A stretch of DNA of 58,664 nt, filler included, from Sphacelaria rigidula (GCA_964200075.2; 4 parts of 4 records of this genome joined end to end with filler, not necessarily neighbours in it), one strand, 5' to 3'. Counted from the first letter of the whole stretch, positions 27,201-38,974 are shown. Translations and numbers: made by a program. The notes: generated by a model not told the origin, from the letters alone.

Positions 27201-28654
27201 ACAGTTTGTCCCGATGATATTCCCCCCGGTGCCACGAAACATCCGAAGTATTTCAAATGGATTGTCTGGTTCGGAGGGTGTGGTTAGGCTTCAGCTCCGT
27301 AGGCCCGTTTAAAAAAAATAGGCTTTTTTTTTCATTGGCTTTACCCCCTTGTTTTATGCCCCATTTTGAGTTTATTTTATACTGTACAATGTACAATGGG
27401 CCCCACGACAAACTTTTTGTACAGAATATTGATGACATTTTTCAATTCAACATAGTATCAAGTGTACGAGATACACAGAGAAACGTTTTTCGGATCAGAC
27501 CCGCAACCATGGCAGTTGAGAGTACGGTATTGAATATTGAAGCTTGTCGGGTGACGAGTCACGCCATAGGCCATAGGGGGCACTTTCAGGCTTACAGGCA
27601 GCTGATACAGTGGCTGCATGAGGCGCATGACAAAATATCGCAACTTTATGCGCGTTTCGAGCACATCATGAGCTTTTCAAACATTTAAAGCATTTTTAAA
27701 GCTTTTCGATAAAAGGGTATTTAAGCCCGAAAACCCCAAATTAAGCTAAACCTTAAGCGCGCTTTCGGAGCTGAAGCCTAGGTGTGGTATATCCCGTACC
27801 TGTCATAACGGTCGCTAGCTCGGTGTCTTCGGTGCGTACAGGCAATATTTTCGCGACCGTTGCACGAAGGAAGCGCTTGCTTTCATCTCCGGTGTTTGCT
27901 AAACCCACTTGAATCCCCGAGTTTGAAGATCTAACTCTACCTCGGCGTAGAGGCTGGTGCTGGGTATTCCTCTCGTCGTGTTTCGGTTCTTCAGCGAACA
28001 CTGAGCTCACGAGAGAAACCTGTCATCACCGGTTACACCCTCTTCCCGCTTTGATGTCAATGGTCAATGTAGCGCCATTTTTTTCGAAAAAATGAGACCC
28101 CTTCGCGCCTGTTTTCATGTTGTGTGAGCGTCCGTGTGTGTGTGTGTATGTGTGTATGTGTTCTATTGCTCCATGGGTCATATATGCATGTAGGCCGCCA
28201 CGATTTGGGTGTACTTGCACACTTTTGTGTATGTTTCTGTCTGTGGGTGGGTGTTTTTTCCTCCGTGCAGCACATGCCGCAAGCTCACACCCCGCGCTAC
28301 TTTCATGCGTCCGAGGCATGTTTTAAAATGATTTCTACTGATAATAAATCACTTTATCTTTTTGGTTGTCAACCATGTGCTACAGGTTCACATCCTGCAT
28401 CATTGTGTGTGTTCGCGCTTATTTATACGTCTTTATGTGCCGTGCGTGCTACTTCGTGTACCTGGTTGTCCCAGACTTCGGACAAGATATTCGCGGTGGC
28501 GGGGTCGGTCATGTGGCTGCCGCAGGGTACGGCCTTCGCCAATGGCGTGACCATTTTACCCCCTGGGACACAGTGGCTCTGGAAATCTCTCTTGTGCACC
28601 GGAGCTTTCGTCCTGGATGATCTTCCGAAGCACGTGAACATCGGCGACCCTCAG
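15294..28654 (+). CDS. Unidentified protein, internal 10-exon fragment (542 aa), incomplete at both ends
   Basis: Exons 15294-15432, 16893-17148, 19262-19598, 21191-21340, 21518-21564, 23434-23515, 24462-24577, 24886-25088, 25839-25954, 28475-28654. All have AG/GT borders and join into one stop-free frame (1626 nt). Globular-looking segments alternate with acidic linkers. No motif recognised with confidence. Confidence 0.75.
15500..15910. repeat. Compound microsatellite block (TTG/CTG, CTGCA/CTGTG) with local tandem duplication
   Basis: TTG/CTG runs and CTGTG pentamers. The unit ...TATGGGTGATTTCA[G/A]CATG occurs twice (about 15665 and 15809). Confidence 0.8.
19765..20295 (+). mobile_element. 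Long copy of the C-tract-associated repeat family
   Basis: Reverse complement of 13060-13600; ends GGCATGCAAGATCATGAGCAAACCTCCCCCC. Confidence 0.85.
20968..21130 (+). mobile_element. Two short tandem 3'-end copies of the C-tract-associated family
   Basis: GGGATGCGTGATCAACGGTCAAATGACTAAGGCAAGC...GACTACGCCCC followed by CTGGTTCGGCGAAGACCGG...GGGATGCGAGGTCAA...GGCATGCAATATTATGAGCCC. Confidence 0.7.
21700..22110 (-). mobile_element. Copy of the C-tract-associated repeat family
   Basis: Collinear with 13070-13460; bordered by a G-rich tract (C-rich on the element strand). Confidence 0.85.
26330..26645. mobile_element. MITE-like element with about 45-bp imperfect TIRs
   Basis: AACAATGTTTTCGTGAGATCGAGAGTCTAGGATACGATTGAGAG vs reverse complement of the right end AACAATATTCTCGTGAGATTGAGAGTCTAGCGTTAATTGAGAG. 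TSD not resolved. Confidence 0.65.
27285..27780. mobile_element. Non-autonomous hAT-type element (496 bp) with 8-bp TSD
   Basis: Perfect 15-bp TIR TAGGCTTCAGCTCCG / CGGAGCTGAAGCCTA, flanked on both sides by GGTGTGGT (27277-27284, 27781-27788). Confidence 0.9.
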
Positions 28655-29285
28655 GTGTGCACTTTTATATTAACTGAATCCTTGAAATACGGCGGAAGAG
28701 GAGTATACCCGGGTGGACCACTTCATGTCAGGTAATTTGGCGTGTGTCGTGTGTGTTTGTCACGTTCGAATTTCTCGTTTTCCTTTGTTTTGCCACATGT
28801 TTTTGCCATGTTTTTGCCGAAATGTGACTAAACGCACGTACCGACGTTCCTCGGGCGCGGCAAAAGAGAAGCCGGGGTCTTCGAAAGCGACAGGCGGTTC
28901 AGATTAGTTTTCGATGACGAACAGTGATGTTCCAAGGTGAATGGCCCATATATTTTGGTGAGCCTCTGTGGAATCATGATACTGTAACCCAATCACACCG
29001 GTCTGAGCCAAACAAGAAATATATAGAACGCACAGCAAGCACACCATCCTGCACCAATGATCGATAGACACACAGGAGCAACGACAGCAGCTCTCATGTG
29101 TGTGTTGCTGAATTCTGTACGTTCATCACTGGCAACAATCCCTTTGAGCTCTCCAAGACGCTACGAGAAGTCGTCTGCCAACATTTTTTCAAGCAGCTTT
29201 GAGTCGCACGCACCTCTGCTGTAACAATGAAGCACGGTTAGGACGAATCATCACGACTACGAATCACCAAATCCACGATTTCTTC

Positions 29286-29385
29286 NNNNNNNNNNNNNNN
29301 NNNNNNNNNNNNNNNNNNNNNNNNNNNNNTTAATTAATTAANNNNNNNNNNNNNNNNNNNNNNNNNNNNNNNNNNNNNNNNNNNN
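29286..29385. other. Artificial contig-joining linker (N44-TTAATTAATTAA-N44)
   Basis: Same 100-nt structure as the other two linkers. Confidence 0.97.
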
Positions 29386-30169
29386 GTCCCGGCTGGGGAG
29401 GGAGGGGCGGTCTGTGGTCTCATGGCTGGGGCATGCATGATCATGAGTACACCCCCCCCCCCCAGTGTCCGAGTTTGTGCTTGTCGGTTTTATCGGGCGA
29501 TACAAGGAGATACTGCGTTTATCAGGAGGGTGTTCTTGACCGTGAACCACAGTTTTTCGGCTCTAGTGCATTGAGTAGGTAGAATAAAAAATAAATAAAA
29601 AAATGTATTATTTAGCCGCAAATACGATCGGGACGGGGTCGATTGACCGAAAATACCGAGGAGTGAGAATCCAGGCTGTAATGTGTCAGGACCCCCAATG
29701 ACTGGTTAGCCTGGCACTCAATATGGAGTTCAGATGCTTTTTTTTTCTTGGAATGTGAAGCGGATACAAGTATCTTCAGATACCCAATGTGATGAGCGGT
29801 GATGAGCGAAAGAGCCAAAGAAAATCGCCAATTACGAAGAAATGATAAAATTAATAGTTCAGGCGCCTCGTACTGTACTCACGAGTTATACCCTACAACC
29901 ATTTGAACGCAGCGTAGGTATAGTATGTAGCTAACTTGTCGGGAGACAAGTTCATCGGGCGTCATTAGCCCACATGAAAACTATCGACATGTTCCAGCGC
30001 CAAACATTCTATTCTGCAATTTTTCGCTCTTCTGAAGCAGGGGTTCGGATCATATTCGATGGGTCAGGGATTCGTCGGTTTTGTGATGAGTAGGACATAA
30101 TCCAAGCGTCGTTCATCTATCGTGTGACCACGGCTGGATTATGACTCATAGCATATCAAGTAATGCGCG

Positions 30170-30171
<2 letters not shown>

Positions 30172-30245
<74 letters not shown>

Positions 30246-30258
30246 CCAACCAACCAAC
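30172..30258. repeat. (AATC)n microsatellite grading into (AACC)n
   Basis: About 18 AATC units followed by a few AACC units. Confidence 0.92.
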
Positions 30259-30405
30259 CGATCAACGCATGAATTAATCGACCGGGAGTATCGATTGAAA
30301 AAAAAATCATAACTGAGTATTGCAGGGTACATGGAAACACTGATACGTTCCCGCGCTGGTATCTTACCCTGATCGATCATCTTTTGAATATTCTTTTTCC
30401 GCAAG

Positions 30406-31942
30406 GGCATGGAGCGACGGGACCTGATCGCGAAGAACGTACCCATCATGGCAGCACACGGAGAGGCACTCGCAGAGTGCGCAAAGCCCGGGGTACGAGT
30501 GGTGGTGGTGGCGAATCCGGCTTGCACCAACTGCCTCGTGGTGAGCGTTTTTTTTTCTTTTCTTTTTTTCGAAAATGTCGCCTGTCATATTATCTTGCAT
30601 GTTTTTTTATGCATGACAAAATATTCTCCGAGTTTTTGTTCTTGAAAACCTTCGCCTACCGGTCACTGGTCTACTTTGCATTGTTTTTTGTTTTTTGTTT
30701 TTTGTTTTTTTTCATCGGTTCGCGTTCTCGCGCTTTCGAACATCGGAAATCAGGAAAAGGGAAACAAGGCTTTACATGATATCGGAGGCACGTTCACCTG
30801 AGCCCATTGCCGAAATCCATGGCTGATACTCACTTGTACTTCGTTGAACCCGAACCCGAACCCGAACCTGAACCGTAACCTGAACCGTAACCTTAACCCT
30901 AGGCCGAAGGCATACCGAGAACCCTCGGGCAAGTGAGGTACAGACGGCTCCCTAGGCCGAATTGTGCGCTGGCAGAGCTCAAATCGGTGCCGCATGGGCA
31001 CATAATGCGTTCTGCACACGTTGGCGAGCACACGGGACTGTCAGCTTCCGAAAGTTCCAAACGTAGTACTCTTTGTCATTCTAGCATGTGTTTTGGCGAC
31101 GGGCAGAGGTGAACTGTAACTGTACTGTTCCGTCAGGGTCCAAACCTCGAAGTGCCCCCGAGAATGACTAAACCAACGTCAATATATGTATCACTTGCGT
31201 ACGTTTTCTTGAGGTCAGATGCCACGTGGAGGAACCGTTTTAGCTCTCACTTCGACGCTGGCTTCGTTCACGGGTGCTCTTTTTGATGGGGTAGAGGTCA
31301 TGCGCTGCTCAGTAGCCACGGCGCAAATGGAGAGAGGTTTGCCGTGTAGTTATGGTTTGTCGCGAGGTATCAACATTTTGTCCATGGAAGTAGTCGTGCT
31401 GTCCTCGAAAAATCGACGACAATGCCGCGGCGCCCCGTTTGGCCGAGCTGCCACATCGTCGGCCAATTTCGGCGGGGAGGTGTGCTCGAATACCGTGAGT
31501 CATGGCTTATATCGCTGATTTCTGTCCGGAAGAACCATGACGCGAAAGTCGTCGATATGCCGAAGTGCTGATCCTCTCTCCTCGATCATACATTACAAGG
31601 GTCGGAAAACGAAGAAGAGATGGGTTGGTGATCACATTAGGGACCACGGACTTGTCCCGAGGAACGGGCTGGTTGAAAGTATAACGTAGGAAAAAAAAAA
31701 GGGGAGTCTGTTACGCTTAAACTGTGTCGAATACTCGTCCCACTTGATGCAACATCTCCGCCCCTTGCTACTTTTCCAGGCGTCGGCTTGCGCCCCTTCG
31801 ATACCCAAGGAGCAATTCTCGAGCCTCAGCCGGTTGGACCACGATCGCTTATCAGCTGCGCTTGCGACTGAGCTTTGTGGGCAAAGCGCTCACGGCGGCT
31901 CTGTTGCGAGGTCCGAACGCCCGGTAAGGGATGAGGATGATT

Positions 31943-31977
<35 letters not shown>

Positions 31978-34900
31978 TCGGTTGTTTTCTTTTACCTCGC
32001 TTTCGCATGGTGAGAAGTCGCCAAACTTTATTATTTTGAGACGTTTCGAATCTGTCGCCAGAACGTTGCACAGATACACTTGCGGATGGTCCCTACAACT
32101 CGATTTGTTTTCCGCCGTGCGCGATGAAAAACTGGGAACCCACCCTCTCGACTGTGCCGAGAGCTGAATCGCTAAAAAATAGTAGCAGGTGAAAGTACGT
32201 CTCGAAGTTTGGGTATTCATACGCCCCAGAACCTCTCTCGGTCTCTCTCGGTCTCTCTCTCATACTGGCTGTAAGGAAAGGTATCCTTTCGGCTGTTTTG
32301 TTGCGCCTTATCATGACCCCTCGGGATGCGGCGGCGACTGCCAAGCAAAGCATAATAGTCACAAGCAACTGGTACGCATGCATTTTCCCGTAGAGTTTAC
32401 CTGCGTTGGGCTACAAATGCCCGTGGATGATATTACTTGATTTGAGTCGGAACAACGAGAATGGGAATTTTAGTGGGGCTGACAGTCCCGTGTACTCCTC
32501 GGGTGCGCAGAACGCGTCTCCGATTAAATCGGCACCACAGGCGCCGATTTGGGATCTTCCCAAGGCCGCACTTTCTGTAGCGACGGCATGTACCGCCCTT
32601 GCCCGAAGGTTCTCGGTATGCGCTGGAGTTGGGGTTGGGGTTAGGGGTAGCGATACTTTGCTTAAAATCGTGTCAACCATGGACATTTGCAGCCCAACGC
32701 CGGTAAACTAGCCTCCCATCTTGAACGACTTTACGAGAGGACGACCGCGAACGAGCAGGCCTCTCTCTCTCTCGATGTCTGTCTCGTACTGGCTGTAAGG
32801 AAATGTACCCTTTCGGCTGTGTTATTGCGCTTTGTCATGACCTCTCAGGATGCGGCGGCGGCTGCTGCTGAATAAAAGCGTGACAGTCATAAGCAACGAG
32901 GATGCACGAATTCGCTTCATTGATATTACGACAGGATGACCGCGAGCGAGCAGATGTTGGAGCCGGCGGTGGTTCGATCCAGATTCGGAACGTGTGCGTG
33001 TGGGGAAATCACTCGCCTACCATGTGGCCTGACGTGTCCAAGGCAGAGGCGAAGATGCCGGGAAAGGGGTACGTGCACCTCGGAAGTTGATCGTGCGTCC
33101 GCTTTCACGTTTTCACCGTTACATGTTCTTGCTACCAGAATTTGGTTCCCAGAACTAAAAAAATCTGCAGGAGTTGTCGAACTCAGGTTAGCCTTGCCCC
33201 AGACTTCAATCTGCTTACTTCTCGTAAACTATCCTCTATACATCCCCCTTCTTTTCAAGAAAGATGGATGGTGTTCTACGGATGGGTTCGCATTCCTTCG
33301 GCGACAGATATGGAGAATGACGGTATACTTGTGTGAACAGTCAACGAATGACCTGGCAGGTGCGACCGAAGACGCGCAAAGTGAAACTCGACGGCGCGAG
33401 AGCAAACGGCCACACGGGGGGAGTGTTCCATCACTCCCCTCCTCCCGGCCTCCAACCCCCCCTCCCTCCTCCCTTTCCTCGACCTTGTCGCCGTCCGATA
33501 ACGTTCGCAGCTGGGTGTCTGTGGAGCATCTACTCGGAGGCGGGAACCCCTATCCGGCGCATGAGACTAGGTACGGGGGGGTGGACGTTACGGGCGACTC
33601 GTAAAATGGCGCTTTACTTATATCAATTGAAGAAAAAAAACATATCTACGAGTTTTTTTCACGTACCAAAGTATCCTGCGAGTACTGTAGTACTTTTGCG
33701 AGTACTGTAGTACTTTTGCGAGTACTGTAGTACTTAGCCGGCTGCTGTTCGGGGGTTTGATCATGCTCACCCATGTAGCACGCAGTGTTATCGATTTCCT
33801 GTGTTCCCAACACTCTGCTTATATGATGTAAGGAGCGGGCACTGATCAGACTCAGTTGTGGTGCCGTGACGGCGTTGTGCTGAAAAATGGTCATTTTCCA
33901 AGTTTTGCTGCTTCCCCGCTGGTTCACTGCGAACAGCTTCTGGTTGCCTTCTGTCAAGTATGTGTGTGTATGTGTGTGTGTGTTTTTTTCGCAAAGTACA
34001 GTGGCCTTCCCACCACATCCGTGCGGGTAGGTTGCCATCCTGACATGACAGCACTATGTAGGGGACCCGGCGCTTTTTTTTTATCTTCATCTCACGTCAA
34101 ACCGTTCCCCTTCCTCGGGAGGAATCCGCGGTCGCGAGGGATCAGTTCGTCCCTCCTCCGGTACACGCCTTGCATTTTGGTACCGCGGATTGGAACAGCA
34201 TTCCCGTACCTCGTCGACTGCCGTATGACCAATTCAGCCAAAGAGGACCTTTCTGTGCGTTCTCACGGCTTTAACGACGGATATCAGATACTTGTACTCG
34301 TACTCGTGACAAAACGACCAAAACTAGACGCATATAGCGGGAATCACAACCGCGTTTTCCCACGTCCTAACGCTGTCAGTTTCACTGTTAAACCACCGGA
34401 GCGCGACGGCAAACATACGTGAGCGCCCAGACGGAATGCTTCATCTTGTGTGTGTGTTGTGTGTGTTGCCGTCCCATCTATTCTGGACGCCGGTCTACAT
34501 TTTTCGGTATATGTGGGTGCACCTGCCGGGGTCACACAGGAGGAAGGTCAACACAGGAGCTTTTTTTTTTTTAATTCCCCGCCTTCCTTCTGCGGTGCTT
34601 GCCTTTATTTTCTATCGCGAGAGGGGTCCAGCAGTCCCTTTCCCTCGTCGATCGTTAAGTCGAATTTTGTGTACCCACGAGATATAGTCGCTCTCCACTG
34701 TTGGTCATGGTGTAAGAAAAAAAACCAGATCGCTCCGAGATTTGGACCCACGACTCAACCGTCAGAAGGTTCCGAGGATACCAGCTGAGCGACCGGGACG
34801 ACCGGCTTTGTACTAGTATATATTGTAATTATTGACACCTAGTATATTTGTAGCGGATCGGGCTTGTGACGAAGCAATTTCAACCGCACTTCAGCTGGGT

Positions 34901-37900
34901 AGCGCACATTACGGGGTCGCGTTGTTGTGGGACCCCCGGTGTAACGCGTATGGGGACGCACTCAACGTGTCATCAACGGGTGTTGGAGGATGGTATAGAT
35001 CATGTTAAGCTATACAGCTCACAATGTGCTCAAATCGGGGTCTGTAGCTTCCTTCCTTCTAGATTTGGCTCGGGGGTGTGTGTAGGTTATACTTCACGTG
35101 GCGTCGGGTAGACTCACGCCGTACTTTTTACTGCATGACTTCACGAGCAGCCTCCAGCGTCGTGACTACCATTCGCCGCTATTTACAAAGTCTCGATGTT
35201 CTTTGTCCCTCTCTCGGCTTGTTCTGTCAAACGTGCTCTGCTGCTGTTAGCGGTGTGACAAGCTTGCGGAATGGTGCGGATGCGTTACGAGCGGCAGGGG
35301 TGGAGCGATTTTCTAGAGACATCGTTCCGATAGTGAGGGACAGGTGAGTTTCGTTCCGCGCCCACGTAGTAAATGAGACGGTGTTTTGCGTTCAGTGTAC
35401 TTGGGACAACAGGAAGGCCTGCGCAACAGCTTGGTTTGTTTCGACATCCTTTTTGACTGTAGAGGATCCTAACTGAAGTACGACTATTTGTGTGTCGAAA
35501 CAGAGTCGACGGCATCTCCGATGACGCACATGGGACCTACATGATCATATCTGCGTTTTTCGCCCCCGAAGGGCTACTATCTGGTAGAAGACCGGCCTGC
35601 TTTCATTTTCTAGTGTCTGGACGCTGGGAATCAGGGCGTGGGAGACAAGTCGGGAAAACTGGGTGTGTGTATGTATGTATGTATGTATGTATGTATGTAT
35701 GTATGTATGTATGTATGTATGTATGTAGTTGTTGATATGACGACTCCGGTAGGTTGTCGTAGCCCAGAAAAGGAATCAAGTCTAACACCATCTGCCACCA
35801 TTTCTTTCTTGTAAGGACGCCACGATCCCAACATACCAAGAGATGGCCGTCAATTCTCTTTTGCGTGTTTTGTTTTATTCTGTTCGGGGGTTTCATCCTT
35901 GAAAACTTTGACTCGCTGAAGGGCCGTGCATTTCGTCATCATCGACTAAGTTTGGTTTTACTGGTGGGAATGTTGTGCATTTGATTCGACCGTACGAATC
36001 ACGGGTGGGAAATATCCACGGTTGACTCATGCCGCATGGATGACAGGTGGAAAATATGTACACTTGATCCACGCCGTATGATTGACAGGTGGGGAAAAGG
36101 GACGTATGATTCGTGGCGTGGGAGTGACACAGTGGACAAGTATGCTTGATTCATCACGATTGAATGTCAGGTAGAAGAACGTACGTAACATTCATGCCGT
36201 ATGAACAACAGACGGGGAACATGTATTTTCGATTTTTGCCCTGCAAATGACGACGGGATCTCTATTGTGAACACGTTCCGTTCGAAATAATGCCGCTCGA
36301 AGCACGCGTCTAAAACACGCACGAACCGCAGTCATTGTATGAGTCGCACGCTTGATTCGTGCCAGAAGTCCATTCCTCCGACGACTCCTCATTCGTGATG
36401 TACGACCCCTATGACTAAATCCGAAAAATGAGGAACGGCACAGAGACAAGGTCTGCGACAACATCCGGAAGACAACGGCGACCACGAGTCGTCTCACACG
36501 ACTTGATTCGGAAAATGGTGACGAACAAGTGTCGACTCCTACGATTGAATCCGGAAAATGCAAAAACTAAGAGTCGATTCCTGCAATTTCGGGAAATGGC
36601 GACGAATGAGGGCCGATTCCTACAACCAAATTCGGGGAATGGCGACGACTAAGAACCGGCTCCCACGACTGAATTCGAACACTTGGAGACGACTGACTGA
36701 GTTGACTCCTGTGAGTCATAGTCGTGGTGTTGGACGTGTCAAAAGTAACAGAGGAGAGGGGGCGAACCTTGAGCGCCCATGATGATTCGAAGAGCCAGGG
36801 GACGGCATATTTCAGCAGCATTGTTCGCAAAGGCCCAAGAATCACCTGTCCTGGAATATCCCGCAGCGGCACCCCGTCGAGCAAGGGGTCCAGCCTGCAA
36901 AGGTACCTCATCGGACGGATGCGAGTCAATTGCCACTATGGCGCTCTCTGCGCAAAGGAGGGCACACACGTGCCAGTGCTGTTCCGTATCGCTCACACGC
37001 AACTGCAGGCGGCAGAGCACTATAATAGTCTCATGAGAAATAGGAACCGTACAGTAGTATCAACAGCATGAGGAACCCTATACAGTACCCCCATCGTCAG
37101 TGTGAGGGTGCAAGGCAGCGTACCTTAAATGGAGCACAGGGGGTTATCTGAAGCGTGGACAAACTTTCGATTTCGCAGACACAATTTTTCGAGCGCTGTT
37201 TGGGCCCCGCACAACTCTTCGCTGTGCTCTTCTGTTATGCTGCTGTTGGCAACACGCTGCATGTGCCCCACTGCACTGTACTGCACCGTACCGTACTGCT
37301 TCTGTACTGCGGTGTACTGTTCTGTACTCGCGCTACGCTGTGTGGCGATCGGTGCACGTACCGCACTGGTTGTTGTACAGTACTGACCGCACTGATGGGG
37401 TACCCGCCGTTCGCTGAGGGGTACCCATATCGTTGAACAAGCACATCATGGCGTGCGACCGAAGAAGATACAATCAAATTTCGGGTTATTCGCACATGTT
37501 GTTTGTTGTGTAAACTGACCAACATTTTTTGTTGTAGGTTACCTCCCACCCGAATGTTTGTTTCGCACAATCTCGAGTAGCAAGCTACCACTGGAGCACG
37601 AGTTATGCAAGTAATTTAGGGAAATGAGGGACGACGGAGAGATGGCTCCCATGACTAAGTTCGGAAATTAGAGAAGACTAGGAGTGCACTCGTACGTCTG
37701 AATTCCCAACACGACGGCGATCAAGGATCGATTCGTACGACTTAATTCAGGAAATGATGACTGAACGATTGAAGTCGGGAAACAGAAACGACTAAGAGTC
37801 AACTCCTACGACTATATTCGAGAAGGTATACGGCTGAGAGTCGATTCTTGCCACTGAATGCGAAAAAGCAGCACGACTAAATAGACAACTACAAACCCCA

Positions 37901-38974
37901 AGACTCAGAGTCGCAGTCGTTGGACGTGTAAAGATCTCGAGAATGGTGCGGCCTTGTCGCGCCCCATCTCCAATCTGACTGCACACATAGTCATAGTCGT
38001 TGGGCGTGTGAAAAGCTGAAAACAGACGAATCATCATTCATGTCTCACTCATGAAAAAGTCGACCCCCTCACCGCCGATAGGTGTCCATACCTTGAATCG
38101 CCCTATTTTCACATGAAAAATAACAGCCGGACTAGGGGTGTCCATCTGCGGGCTTTGACTGAGTCCGACCCTTTTGCTTCGACGATTTTAGGATCTTAAT
38201 TGCAGGGGTATCGGCCAACTTTAGTCAAGTGGCACAGCTTCGCATTGCAATAAGCGGGACTCCAAAAGTACCACTCTGGAGTCAAGTAACTCAGCAGCCC
38301 TTGCTCTCATGTTACCGAAATCAACAGGGGGAACAAAGTGATCGAGGTGCGGGGAAAGTCAAGCGCGCTGTCAGCTGCGAACGCAATCGCTAACCATTTA
38401 CGGGACTGGCTCGGCAAATCAAGATCGCCCGCTACGGATTGGGAACGTGGTACTCGCACGGCCGCTGAGGGGCGTGTAACGCGGGTCCTGTCCATGGGAG
38501 TTTCATCTGACGGGAACCCATATGGAGTGGCGGAGGGACTATTTTTCTCGTTCCCAGTCGATTGCGGAGAAGGTACATTCAATTTCGCTTTGAACGAAGC
38601 ATCTGTCTGCCACAAGATAGGTCATTGTGCACTCGAGAGGTTGGAATGACTGCCCAAGCACAGTAATTGAAAGTAAAACCTTATTTGGCCGCGCGAGACC
38701 CAGCCTACCTGAGTTTTTTTCCTGTCATGAAATCAGCAAAATTTATTTCATGGATCCAAAATGCCGATCAAACCCCTTGTTGTGCTCTCATCACCGCTCT
38801 CCGCGCGTCCTCGCACTCCCTTCGCGGATCCGTTTGCCCGCAGGTCGACACCGTATCCTGGACGAATTCTCGCCGGATAAAATCATGCTTGAAGCATCTG
38901 AGAAGGAGCTTCTGGAGGAGAAGAAAGAAGCTCTCGACATGCTCGAGGAGTTGGGTCTTCCACGAAGAGTATAG
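30406..38974 (+). CDS. MDH: Malate dehydrogenase, cytosolic/MDH1-type, divergent; 5'-incomplete, last 6 exons
   Basis: Exons 30406-30540, 31780-31923, 32935-33068, 35251-35343, 38328-38572, 38844-38974, phase-consistent (882 nt including stop). Motifs [28 protein letters not shown] (catalytic Asp, substrate Arg), VWGNHS (catalytic His), [45 protein letters not shown]-binding N-terminus not found in the contig. Confidence 0.92.
30846..31060 (+). mobile_element. Short dispersed element carrying degenerate telomere-like hexamers
   Basis: AACCCG/AACCTG/AACCGT/AACCCT array, then GCATACCGAGAACCCTCGGGCAAG...ACACGGGACTGTCAGC. Inverted homolog at 32465-32650. Confidence 0.65.
32465..32650 (-). mobile_element. 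Second, inverted copy of the telomere-like-hexamer element
   Basis: Reverse complement reads CCCTAACCCCAACCCCAAC...GCATACCGAGAACCTTCGGGCAAG...ACACGGGACTGTCAGC. Confidence 0.65.
33679..33735. repeat. 20-bp tandem repeat, about 3 copies
   Basis: CGAGTACTGTAGTACTTTTG twice in full plus a partial third copy. Confidence 0.9.
34717..34800 (-). mobile_element. tRNA-derived SINE head (family 2)
   Basis: Homologous to 1-76 (CTCAACCGTCAGAAGGTT...CTGAGC). Followed on its own strand by a T-run (Pol III terminator-like). Confidence 0.65.
35669..35727. repeat. (GTAT)n microsatellite
   Basis: About 14 GTAT units. Confidence 0.92.
35960..36225. repeat. Degenerate minisatellite, period about 41-42 bp, about 6 units
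   Basis: Recurring TTGATTCAYGCCGTATGA-TTGACAGGTGG-AAATATGTA-like units. Confidence 0.65.
36380..36745. repeat. Degenerate minisatellite, period about 41 bp (array 1)
   Basis: Recurring GACGACTAAGAGTCGAYTCCTACGACTGAATTCGGAAAATG-like units, ending GTCATAGTCGT...TTGGACGTGT. Confidence 0.7.
37620..38015. repeat. Degenerate minisatellite of the same family (array 2)
   Basis: ACGACTAAGAGTCAACTCCTACGACTATATTCG-type units and the same GTCGTTGGACGTGT end motif. Confidence 0.65.

Noticed and set aside
28475..30540. Fusion of the unknown plus-strand gene with MDH (both phase 0, same strand)
   Set aside because: An artificial linker separates them; they are on different size-sorted contigs.
36380..36745. 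CRISPR-like periodic array
   Set aside because: The whole unit is degenerate; there is no constant repeat plus unique spacer structure.
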